Origin: Octopus sinensis
Taxonomy: Eukaryota
Assembly (NCBI RefSeq): GCF_006345805.1
Contig: NC_042997.1
Location: 159,526,001-159,590,000 of the forward strand
DNA length: 64,000 nt
Reading direction: 5' to 3'
Below the pieces are notes generated by a model. It did no database searches, had not been told where the DNA came from, and was given only the letters and a program-made list of their open reading frames with translations. The translations under genes were made by a program, and so were the position numbers. Shown here in pieces: positions 53,078 to 64,000 of this stretch (the first letter of the stretch is position 1; every line of letters starts with the position of its first letter).

Positions 53078-55641
53078 ATAGGACTGTCCACTTGGCCAAA
53101 ATAGACCAACTTGATATTAAGCAATATCTTTGGCACTCTGACCACAAAAGGAGAAAAGAATGTTTTTATATCCTCTATCTGGAATTATAAGACCCGAAAA
53201 CCTCCAAGATTTGAGATTTTTTGGAATGCTGTCATGACATGCCACAAATGGAAAACTCCATTAAGTGCTACATTGATTTAACCTAGTACATCTGTTTTAT
53301 GTGGATTGTGACATGTGAATTTCTAAGCAATGATAATCATGTTTTGTTTTGTTTTATGTTAAGAAGCAGTAAACGTTATTTTACGTGATATCTGAATTTC
53401 ACTTCCATGTATGAGTATAACATGACTTGCACATTATTTTAAAAATAAAATCCTGACTTTTTTCAGTTTTTCTTTTATTTGCATTTTATTTTATCTACGT
53501 GTAATTATGCTCAAAGCTTTGTTTTTATAAAACCAAATACCTGTATTGTAAAAAATAAAGTAGAAATATTATACATGTGCTGTAAACTTTTGATCAAAAC
53601 ATGACATCGTCTGTGGAGACTAATAATATACATTTCTGATGGTATAAAAAATTATAAAAACATATGTAAAACTACATTCAGGGTATATGTATAGGATATA
53701 TTATGAAATGTAAATGTATATTGTGTTTAGACTTGGGGCCCCTCCCCAAGCTGTTTCATTTTATATATGAAAAAACAAAACATTCCGAAATACGAAAATT
53801 CTGAGACACGCAACATTTTTGCTTTCATGAATTTCGGACAACGGATTTTTACTTGTATTCACTTCTGACAACTCTCACTTCTTTCTAGATACTATTACCA
53901 TTCACTCCACTTTACTATACACCAGTGTAATTCACATGTATATACATGCTTCGCTTCTAGAATGAACCAAAACTGAGGTTGAGTGTTAGCAGAGTAATGA
54001 TACGCCTTTAATTAGTGGGATGCACTAGAAATCAGTGAAGTATAGCATTCAATCTTCTGGAGGGATTCAAATTGAGGACAATAAATGATTTTTCAAAGTG
54101 CTTTCAAAGTGCTTTCAAAGTGGGTGTTATCATATAAGATCGTTCAACAAGCTGGGTGTGACTGAGATGTAGATGAAATGATGATACCGCCCAATATGCA
54201 CTCATCTAGTTTCCATGAATTGCATCATATCGATTATTTGCTATATAGGATGAATCTAGATTCAGCTCAATTTATCTTGAATATCTCTTCACCATCTTCT
54301 TTCAGAAATAAAATACGATCATTTTTATTTCTCCATATCGTAGAGAAGATAGAAAGGGTTTATATGATAAAAAGGCGGCGAGCTGGCAGAACCGTTAGCG
54401 CGCCGGGCGAAATGCTTAGCAGTTACGTTCTGAGTTCAAATTCCGCCGAGGCCGACTTTGCCTTTCATCCTTTCGGGGTCGATTAAATAAGTACCAGTTA
54501 CGCACTGGGGTCGATATAATCGACTTAATCCGTTTGTCTGTCCTTGTTTGTCCTCTCTGTGTTTAGCCCCTTGTGGGTAGTAAAGAAATAGGTTATTGAC
54601 AGGGGCCTTTTACTCTGTCTTGCAAGAGATATAACTATATCTAGGATTAGCTAATAAATAGGAATAGCAAAACAGTAAAAACACAGCTTAAACAGTGTTA
54701 ATTTTTAATCTCCATGCCGAAATTAAAATAGTACCAGTACACTATACATTAGTTGGTACATGCACATTTTGCTAAGGATGCAATCAACATTTTCTGGGCT
54801 TTGATCAAGAAATCAACTATTTTGCTAGCACGATAAATGTCAGCAAGAAACTCAATGGCAACACGAACAAATTTAGCAGTATGATGGCTTGTATGATTTT
54901 TGATTTATCAATGTTTTGTTGATATTCCAACTATTTTTCTAAAGGTTAAATCTGGATATTTTTCTGTAGGTGGTTATTGAAAACATACCTTTCTACTTGT
55001 TAGAAACCAATATCAAGAAGTCTCGTAAGAAAGCTTTAAAAAAAGAGTATTTGTTGTTCCAAAAGCTTTTAAATAGAAGTTATATTGCTTGTACTGACAC
55101 GAATCAAAATTTCTGCGGAAGTTCAGTGGTTAATCATTTGAAAACACTTTTTTTATATGTAGAAATAGATTTATGGACAGATTTTTAGTGTTGTATTAAA
55201 ACACTGCAAATGTTTGTATTTCAGGCCACAAAATTATAAATAAAGAATAAGGAAGCATTATGAATCAAAACAGATTAAATAATTTTCTTATAATGAACAG
55301 CAAACACAGCGCGTGCTGATGGAGCTCCCTCTCACCAATATCTTATCAATTCTGTTGTGTTCCAGAGTCAGGTTTTGTCATCCCACTCCTATACATTGAC
55401 TTCTTAATTTCCATTTCTGCCAAAATACCCAATTCTCATGTATGATGCTCCCATTGGTCCGCCCTCCCTAACTTTCTGCACCCATGTGACATGCACATGC
55501 ATTCTAGAAATGCATCTTTCCAAATCCGTACTGGTTAGAAGAACGGATACCTCAAAAACAATCCTGAAATGATATCATGCTAAATTTGTCTCCGTCAACA
55601 GCAAACCATCACAAGATATTAAGAAACCACTCTTAAATATA

Positions 55642-55780
55642 TATTTCTTTATTACCCACAAGGGGCTAAACATAGAGGGGACAAACAAGGACAGACAAAC
55701 GGATTAAGTCGATTACATCGATCCCAGTGCGTAACTGGTACTTAATTTATCGACCCCGAAAGGATGAAAGGCAAAGTCGA
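55642..55780 (-). mobile_element. 5'-truncated SINE family B with 15 bp TSD
   Basis: TSD CCACTCTTAAATATA at 55627-55641 and 55781-55795. Confidence 0.85.
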
Positions 55781-56659
55781 CCACTCTTAAATATAAGTAA
55801 CGTGCAACGAGAAATCTCGTGATCGCTTCAAATGTTAAGTCTTACTGTCACTGTGGGTTCCACTTGGCAAACGTGCATCCTTAATATAACAATGGCTTGC
55901 ATTTCAATGACTGGCCTTTCACTTCAGGACCAGAAAATACTTCATAGCTATCAACCACTAACCTCTAATTTGGTTCCGTCAAAAGCGATGCACACATATC
56001 AAGAGAATATCATTGCATCTTCATATCCACCTATTACTTCCTTTCAATAATGCTTAGTTGAGACAAACAATCCAATACGTCTACATCTGAGATGTATTTA
56101 TGTTACAAGCAGAAGCATTCTAGATTTCATTTAGAAAAAGTCCATCCAGTAGATTCACGAAAAATTACTAACAAACACACTCTAACTGCTGTCCCACAGA
56201 GTTTCAGTCATCACTTTCTGCTTCCACTATGGCTACTACAATGAACTCTGGTCCTTGAAGCTGGTTGGTCACTTAGCATCTCTACTCAAGCTCTCTTGAC
56301 TCACCAGTCTCTCCTCTTACCATTCATATTAAGTCCAAATGCCGGACCACGCATTACCAATTATATCCAATTCTACCAAGAACATCGTCTTGTCTGGAAT
56401 TCCATTCCTACAAATGTCTTTTGCTTGTAGTAATCCACAGACACAAACTTAAAGACTTCAATATCATTAGTCTTGGAAGGCCTGCGAAAGTCGTAGGTAG
56501 AGCCTGTTCCTTTAAACCAATCGAATGAAAAACCTAATGTTGAAAATAGATATTTAGTGCTTTTCACTCTACTCATTCTGCCAATTCAAATGACAATTTG
56601 GTATTCTTATAACAAAGATTGTACACAATCCTATAATAATAGAATGGTTTAATTACTCA

Positions 56660-57062
56660 GTTTTATATTTAAGAGATGTGGAATTATGTACATTATTTAC
56701 ATTTGATGGATATTTGTTCTTATCTTGTTTGTTGTTAACACAATATTTCGGCTGATATACCTTCCATCCTTCATCAGGTGTCTTGGGAAAATATTAGATT
56801 TATAAGCCCTAAAATTCACTCCATAATTGCCCACAGGTATATGGCATAGTGGTTAAGAGCGCGGGCTACTAACACCATGATTTCGAGTTCGATTCCAGAC
56901 AGTGACCTGAATAATAATAATAATAATAATAACAACATCGAAAAATACTTTACGAATGAGAACTCAAGACACCAGATGAAGACTGGAGGGTATATCAGCC
57001 GAAACGTTGTGTTAACAACAGACAAGATGACAAATATCTGTCAAATGTAAATAATGTAAATA
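56660..57062 (+). mobile_element. tRNA-headed short element flanked by inverted hammerhead-containing repeats
   Basis: Arms 56691-56785 / 56965-57056; A-box TGGCATAGTGG at 56842-56852; B-box GAGTTCGATTCC at 56885-56896; (TAA)n spacer. Confidence 0.8.
56968..57013 (+). ncRNA. Minimal hammerhead, degenerate in this copy; inverted partner at 56737-56782 (-)
   Basis: GACAC-C(A/T)GATGA-A-stem II-GAAA, palindromic stem III ACGT, U17, then GTGTT; the minus-strand copy keeps CTGATGA intact. Confidence 0.65.
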
Positions 57063-57552
57063 ATGGTTTCATTATTATTTTACAAGGGCAATTTCATAAG
57101 GGTCAACAAATGTTAAAGGTCTTTAATAAATGAAATAGATAACAACTGAATGGGTTCAATATAGCTTACACATAACATAGAGTTAATATTGTATGAATAA
57201 AAATCAATGAGAATATATGCGCTATAGCTATCAACTTGTATGTGTATAACATATTCCATGCTGAATCGTTTCCCAGTTATTGAATTACCTACCAGGTTAC
57301 ATGCTTTATTCCAGCAACACAGTATACATATCCGGTTACACTGGACAATATGTTGAAAACGCATTAAAGGAACAAAACCAATGTAAAATGAAAAAGAAGG
57401 AAGAATAACAATTAAATACAGCAGACAAGTCCTGTGCACAGAATAATGTAAAATATTGATGTGAAGAGAAAAAATATTAAATGCAATAGTGCATGTAATC
57501 TGTATATAAAACAAAGGATGTGTGTGTGTTTGTGTATTTGTGTGTGTAGTAG

Positions 57553-59095
57553 ATATGTCTTGACAATGGTGTTACTCCAGAACAGTGGAAAACTGCCAGT
57601 GTCATCCCTCTGTTCAAAAAAGGCGACCGCACATCGCCTGTCAACTATCGCCCCGTCAGTCTTACTAGCTGCATCGCCAAACTGATGGAATCCTGTATCA
57701 GAGAAACCCTATGGAACCTCTGGAAGTCTCACAGCCTCATCCAGCCGTCACAATTCGGATTTATTCCTAACTCCAGCTGCTGTAATCAACTCATCGAGTT
57801 TCTTGAGGACGTTACCCAAATCACTGATCGCGGATCCTGGGTGGATGTTGTTTACCTGGACTTTGCTAAGGCTTTTAACTCTGTGCCACACAAAAGACTT
57901 ATGGTGAAGCTTTCTGCGTTGGGTGTAAGAGACGAACTCTATAACTGGTTAAAGTCCTTTATTTTCAGCCGAAAAGAGGTTGTCACAGTTCTAGGACAGC
58001 ACTCTTCGCCATATGAAATGACATCTGGTGTACCACAGGGATCTGTTCTTGGCCCCCTTTTATTTGTTGCATATGTTAATGACATAGATGCCAACTTAAA
58101 GAATGCCACAGTGCTGAAATATGCAGATGACATCAAGCTGTACCTCGAAATAAAGAGGTCAAATCCTGTACACTATAGATCTCTATTGCAAGCAGACCTG
58201 GACACAATGCAGCAGTGGATCATGGACTGGCAACTCAAGCTGGCTGTGGACAATGTACCACCATGCATTTTGGGAGGAGAAACCCAGCGTCCACCTACTC
58301 CTCCACAACACTAGTCTCAAAAAGTCTTCATGTGAACGTGACCTGGGTGTTATTGTCGACAGTGATTTGCGTTGGACAAAACACATCGCTAAAATTGTCA
58401 AGAAGGCTGAGGGTGTCTTGGCATCACTCACCAAATCCTTTGTGAGCCGCTCTCCGGCTATCTATCTGCGGCTTTATATAGCTATGGTAAGACCTCACCT
58501 GGAATTTGCATCACCGGTCTGGAACCCCTATCTTGCCCAGGACATCAATCGTCTGGAAGCTGTTCAGCGACGTGCAACCAAAAGAATACCCTCCATCAGG
58601 CATTTGCCATATCCTGAATGCCTTACTTCCCTGGGCATGGACACATTGAAACTCCGACGTCTGGCAGCTGACTTGGCAGACACCCATAAAATTATCAACC
58701 ATCGCACAAACAATAACTCTGAGCACCTCTTCAAACTCCACCCATCTAACACCCGTGGACATATTTACAAAGTAAGAAAAGAGCACAGTTCCCATGACTT
58801 CAGGAAACATTTTTTCACGCTGAGAGTTGCTGAAGCATGGAACAAACTGCCGGCATCGGTTGTTAGTTGTCGGAGCACAGCATCCTTCAAAACTTCCATG
58901 CTTCCTGAGATTCGCCAACACTACACTTGATTTTCTCCCCTCCATACACACACAAGCATGTATCTGGCTCATACATTGTTCGCTTTCCAGACATTTCTAC
59001 ATTACTGCATGTACTTTATATGCACTTTCTGACAAGTTGTGGTGTACCTGAGCACTGTATACAATAATTTCATTATTATTATTATTATATTATTA
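57553..59095 (+). mobile_element. 5'-truncated CR1-like LINE, RT with frameshift, (TAT)n tail
   Basis: WKTASVIPLFKKGD...NYRPVSLTS, YLDFAKAFNSVPH, GVPQGSVLGPLLF, YADDIKL, VRPHLEFASPVWNP. Confidence 0.93.
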
Positions 59096-59140
59096 TTTTA
59101 GATATGTATTTCTACAGTTTTCAACCAATTTTCACCAAAC

Positions 59141-59211
<71 letters not shown>

Positions 59212-59739
59212 GCACACACGTTTCTCAAGTGCCAAGGGTGGTCATGCACTATAACGTTTTGCCCAGAGCTCCCGCGTAAAGCGAGAAACTGGGAAAAAGA
59301 TGTTTTACACAGGTTTTTCTCTAAAAGCTTCTGCATTTTTCAACCAGTTCTCTCCCTTTTCTCTCTCTGTTTATTCCTCTCTTCTCTCTCTTTTTCTTAT
59401 TCTCTGTTTCTCTTGCTTACACATATTCTCTCTTATCCTCAATAATAGTTCCTCTCTTTTAGTCTATGTCTGTTTCGTTCTCTCTCTCTCTTTCTCTCTC
59501 TCTATCTCACAAACACTAACTTTTGTCAACAAACTGACTTCCGTGTGTCTCAATTTGCCGTGCATAAAATTCTTTGTTGTTGCGGTTTCTGTATATTCTC
59601 TCTGAAATATAATTGAGTTATTTTTAATTTTTGTTCACCCAATGATTAAATTCACTTTTGCCACATCTGCCTAAAAATTAACTTCAGTGTATTTCAGTTT
59701 TGTTGTGTGTAAATATCTTTATCTTTACGGTATTTGTAC

Positions 59740-60552
59740 GTGCAAAACTAAATGCAATACCAATTAAATAGATTGAAACTGGAGGGATTACAATCTCAGA
59801 GTTACAGTCTGTGCGAGACCTGGGCATTTACATGAGTAATGATGCATCCTTCCATGTGTATGTTCCATCCGGTCCGCTGCCTGCATTTCATTGCCAATTT
59901 AATTGGCAATGAAATGCAGGCAGCTGACCAGATGGATTCTTAGAACGAGAGATCAGGAAACTATGATGGTCTTCTGGAGGACATTTGCCCTAAGCCGCTT
60001 TAACTATTGCTCCCAGCTATGGTCACCAACCAGTGTATAATTAATTGAAGAACTTGAGACAATCCAAGGAAGCTACACGAAGAAAATAGCCTCAATGCGG
60101 CATATAAACTACTAGGAAAGACTGAAGAGATTGAGACTGTATTTCCTAGAGCATAGGCGGGAAAGATATACCATAATATACATCTGGAAGATCCTAATGC
60201 TAGAATAGGGCGCCATTGCATAGTGCCAAAGACTCCAACTTTCCCATCAAGATATAGGACAAGATATTGCAACAGCATGGGCTTTAAAGATCCACAGCTC
60301 TTCAGTATACTCCCAAAGGACCTGAGAGACCTACATGGGGTAAATGCAAGTGTCTTCAAAACGAAACTAGACCTCCTACTGTCAAGTGTCCCAATTGAAC
60401 TAACTTCACAGCAGGAAGTGCAGATGAGGGCAGTGGCATCAAACTCCATCATGCACGAAACATCAATTTCTAAAAAGAATTAGTGTAAAATTATGTAGCA
60501 GCACCAAATGGCGGTACCCCAGCATGGCCACAGCTCATGAGCTGAAACTAGA
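59740..60552 (+). mobile_element. CR1-like LINE 3' fragment (second family)
   Basis: VRDLGIYMS, YCSQLWSP and GPQLFSILPKDLR-like motifs; 3' end GGCGGTACCCCAGCATGGCC. Confidence 0.75.
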
Positions 60553-60558
60553 TCAAAT

Positions 60559-60606
<48 letters not shown>

Positions 60607-60693
60607 TAATATATACATATATATATGTGTCTATGCATACATGTATATATATGTATATATGTATATATATATATAATATATATATATATATAT

Positions 60694-60745
<52 letters not shown>

Positions 60746-60765
60746 TGTATAGTATATGTCTATAT

Positions 60766-60910
60766 GTATAAGTGGAGGCACAAGGCCTAGTGGTTAGAGC
60801 AGCGGACTCGCGGGTTCGAATCTCAGACCGTTAATGTATGTGTTTATGTCTGAGATTCGAACCCGCGAGTCCGCTGCTCTAACCACTAGGCATTGTGCCT
60901 CCACTTATAC
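60766..60910. repeat. Inverted duplication of a SINE C tRNA head
   Basis: 63 bp arms (60766-60828 / 60848-60910), 1 mismatch, 19 nt spacer. Confidence 0.85.
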
Positions 60911-60944
60911 ATATATCTATATACATATAGACATATACATATAC

Positions 60945-61440
60945 ATATATATAATTGCCTCTGGGACTTTACCATTCAAACTGACGGAAAGCTAGATGCG
61001 AATAGGCTAGATATTATGTTGAAGGACTTCACACAAAAATCATGCTTCCTCATTGATATGACTGTCCCAATCGACATAAATGCATGTGTCACGATATACA
61101 AAAACTGAGCAAGTATAAAGATCTTGAAATAGAAATTGGTAAAAATGTGGAACTTCAAGACTAAAACAATACCTGTTGTCATAAGAGCCCTAGGAATGAT
61201 AGCAAATGGGGCTGATTGCTACCTAGCTCAGAACCCAGGAAACGCCAAAATGGCAGAAAGTAAAAAGATAGTGCCCATGGGTACTGCCCATATCCTACGT
61301 AAAATACTGTCTATATAATCTCAAATTTTAAAACAAATTTATAATTTTCTTATGTTTTCTTAAACATTCTCTAGAACAGTACTTATGTGAAGGACCAAAT
61401 ATATGACACCCTAGCAATAACACCAACATGAACTTCTAAA
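60945..61440 (+). mobile_element. R4/Dong-like non-LTR element, 3' end (restriction-like endonuclease)
   Basis: WDFTIQTD...CFLIDMTVP...KYKDLEIEI...IPVVIRALG...GTAHILRKIL. Confidence 0.85.
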
Positions 61441-61505
61441 TCTGGATAGTAGTAGTAGTAGTAGTAGTAGTAGTAGCAGCAGCAGCAGTAGTAGTAGTAG
61501 TAGTA

Positions 61506-61546
<41 letters not shown>

Positions 61547-61559
61547 AATAATAATAATT

Positions 61560-61950
61560 CGACCCACGAATAGTCAACCAGGAAGGCGAAATGTTAGATA
61601 GACACAACCTTCTTAAGTACGAAATAGCCCGGTTATTGGAAATGAAGGTGAAGATAGTGCCAGTTATTGTTGGGTTCTTGGGAACAGTATCAGAAGGCAT
61701 CAAGAGGAATATAAAGGAAATTGGAATAGAGTGCCCAGTAGAACTGTTACAAATAGTTTGCCTCCTTGGCACGGCCAAAATAATCAGGGAAGTACTAGAT
61801 AGCTGAAAAGAGCGAATAGCATGATACCGAAGGCTGTAGGCAGTAAGTCCGATACGCATGCAAGACTCCAGGAGCTCCAATAAAACCTGTGATAAAAAGG
61901 TCCCTGTTGTGACTTGACAAACTGTACAAACCCCCAGTAGACACAATATT
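61560..61950 (+). mobile_element. Second R4/Dong-like 3' end
   Basis: LKYEIARL...IVPVIVGFLG...LLGTAKIIREVL. Confidence 0.8.
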
Positions 61951-61954
61951 TTCT

Positions 61955-62490
61955 GTCAGCAACCTCACGATATTGTATACTGTGCGACGTCTATAATATT
62001 AATAAAAAAATGGTATAGGCACACCTCAGAAAAGGTCACAGAAAACGAGAAAGCAATCATACTTTGGCATATGCCAATATACACAGAGAGAAAAATATAG
62101 GCTAATAAAAAAAAATGATGTCTTCTAATCGGTGTATCAATACCAACAGATAACAACGTTTCTCTAAAAGAAACGGAGAAACTTTCAAAATACAAAGATC
62201 TAGAAATAGAAGTAACTCGAATGTGGAGTCTAAAAACAGAAACATTACCTATCATAGTAGGCGCATTAGGTATGATAAAAAATATTCAGACAAATACATA
62301 ACAGAAACACGAGGATTAACAAGCTTATATAACATACAGAAAATTGCACTACTAGGCACTGCACATATCCTACGTAAAACACTTTCAATACAGTAAAAAT
62401 AAGAGCATCACAACAAACCACAGCACATATCCAAGGCACACAGAGCTGCGCTCAGTAGTGCAGTGAAAGCACATGATAAAAATATGACTA
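61955..62490 (+). mobile_element. Third R4/Dong-like 3' end, followed by long (TAA)n
   Basis: KLSKYKDLEIEVTRMW...LPIIVGALG...LLGTAHILRKTL. Confidence 0.85.
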
Positions 62491-62501
62491 CAGAATAATA
62501 A

Positions 62502-62538
<37 letters not shown>

Positions 62539-62594
62539 GCAATAATAATAATAATAATAATAATAATAGCAATATAATAATAATAATAATAATA

Positions 62595-62668
<74 letters not shown>

Positions 62669-62714
62669 TATTATTATTATTATAATTACAATAATAACAA
62701 CAACAACAACAAGG

Positions 62715-64000
62715 CCGCTTAGGAAACAATATTAGGACCTCTAGGTCTTATAGTAATAATATAATTATATTAGTAATAGGGAAATTATAGTAGTGAACAA
62801 GTAAATAATTAGACAGGGGTTATAGTACTAATAATGAAATTATAATAGTGAAGAAGTAAATAATTACCCTGATTGATAATTAGCCAGGATGATTAACAAG
62901 TGACGTTGTGAAACTATCGAATCGTCAGCGACTAAACCGGCAACTCCACTAAGATTGCTTGGTGAGGAGTTTGGATTTTCGACACACAGCAGGATTAAAA
63001 ACAAAACCCGGCAAAGGGCAGAGGAACTCAGAAGAGTCAATAGCCATTCCGAAAATGGGTTGACGGAACTCGTGAGCCTTGGTTGGCAGTCTGTCTAGGA
63101 TTAGAAACACTGATTTAAAAGTGGAATAGATAGGACTCCTAAGTCACAATGGTGACAACCTGTCCGTGTCCAACGGCTCCATGCCTGGGATGAAGACGAA
63201 TGACCCGCGAATCGAGACTTAATTCCGGAGCAATATCTGGATGAAGATCCGGGACTAACTGACGCTAACCTATCTCCTAGTGAGAATCATGATCATGGAC
63301 TCCAACACATAGAAATGCGAAGGGAACAGACACAACTTATGGGTAGTAAGAGGTTGCAGTTTCGGCTGACAATCTTACTAGAGATGATGTCTTGATAAAA
63401 ATACCGGTTGGCAGCTAACCTTAAAACACAAAGCTCATTGTTGAGTGAAAATGTCTAATATAAATATAACAAATAACGGTGTTAATGACGCTGGAGCCGA
63501 AAGTGGAAGCCTTTCTCCCTGCAGGTGCCCTGTGGCTGAGCAGCACAAACCTGGTCGTCATCCAGAGACTGCTTGTGCACAAAACCAGAGACAAAGAAGA
63601 AGATGGACTAAGGAAGCAAACCGAACGGGAATTGAATGCTGGATCAGGGGTGAACCCAGAAGGGGATTCCGACAACAAGTGAAAGCAAAATGGAATGAAA
63701 TAAAACTCTTCGAAATAAGTGAGCAGCGGTAGCTGACCAGGCAAGAGCAATAAGAACAAAGGGGTAGTTAACAGACATAGAAATTGAAGGGAACAAAAGG
63801 AAATTAGAAAATAGAAACAGATACATTGCCCAGCAAAAACAGAGAAATAAATGGCGGCAGTGAAGGCGTAGAGCAAAGTGTAAATCTAAACGCATTCTCA
63901 GCAAATGAAGCAGAAGTAATAGGAAGAGCTGTAACACGAGAATACGATGATGACCGACAAGATATAGTGAGGATGCTCAGCCGATATATTAGAGAAGACC
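62715..64000 (+). mobile_element. 5' UTR and N-terminus of an R4/Dong-like element, running off the window
   Basis: RRRWTKEANRTGIECW...GFRQQVKAKWNE...EISEQR*L.DQARAIR-like N-terminal motif; starts after (TAA)n. Confidence 0.7.

Noticed and set aside
55340-56300. Faint VPESGFVIPLL resemblance to RT motif B (old LINE)
   Set aside because: Too decayed to support without an alignment
56836-56905. tRNA-like sequence (also the other SINE heads)
   Set aside because: Only A/B boxes, no complete cloverleaf; SINE-type heads rather than tRNA genes
61383-62729. Poly-His and poly-Tyr ORFs on minus
   Set aside because: Antisense of (TGA)n, (TAG)n and (TAA)n tracts between Dong-like elements

Overview
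AT-rich eukaryotic DNA, almost entirely made of microsatellites and transposable elements. The repeat families look like those of Octopus (inference from recognised repeats, not a database search). I could not support any host protein-coding exon, tRNA or rRNA gene, and most short ORFs in the track are microsatellite or antisense-TE artefacts. The centrepiece is a very young Penelope-like element (PLE) with an open RT + C-terminal GIY-YIG frame (9780-11606). It folds back into ~2.05 kb near-identical inverted arms (7724-9779 / 10662-12714), carries a minimal hammerhead ribozyme in each arm, and sits in the internal (TA)n of a tRNA-SINE. At least two unrelated short non-coding fold-back families also carry hammerhead-like motifs: one with a compensatory G3:C8 core swap (15.0 and 28.1 kb), and one tRNA-headed element flanked by inverted hammerheads (56.7-57.1 kb). 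A third family is a weaker candidate (22.5 and 33.0 kb). Other content: RTE, CR1-like and R4/Dong-like LINE remnants; Tc1, mariner and DD37D fossils; a hAT (Buster/Charlie) remnant; MITEs; non-autonomous Helitrons, including a composite one that splits an RTE; three SINE families; and a 1.18 kb tandem duplication that may be an assembly artefact.
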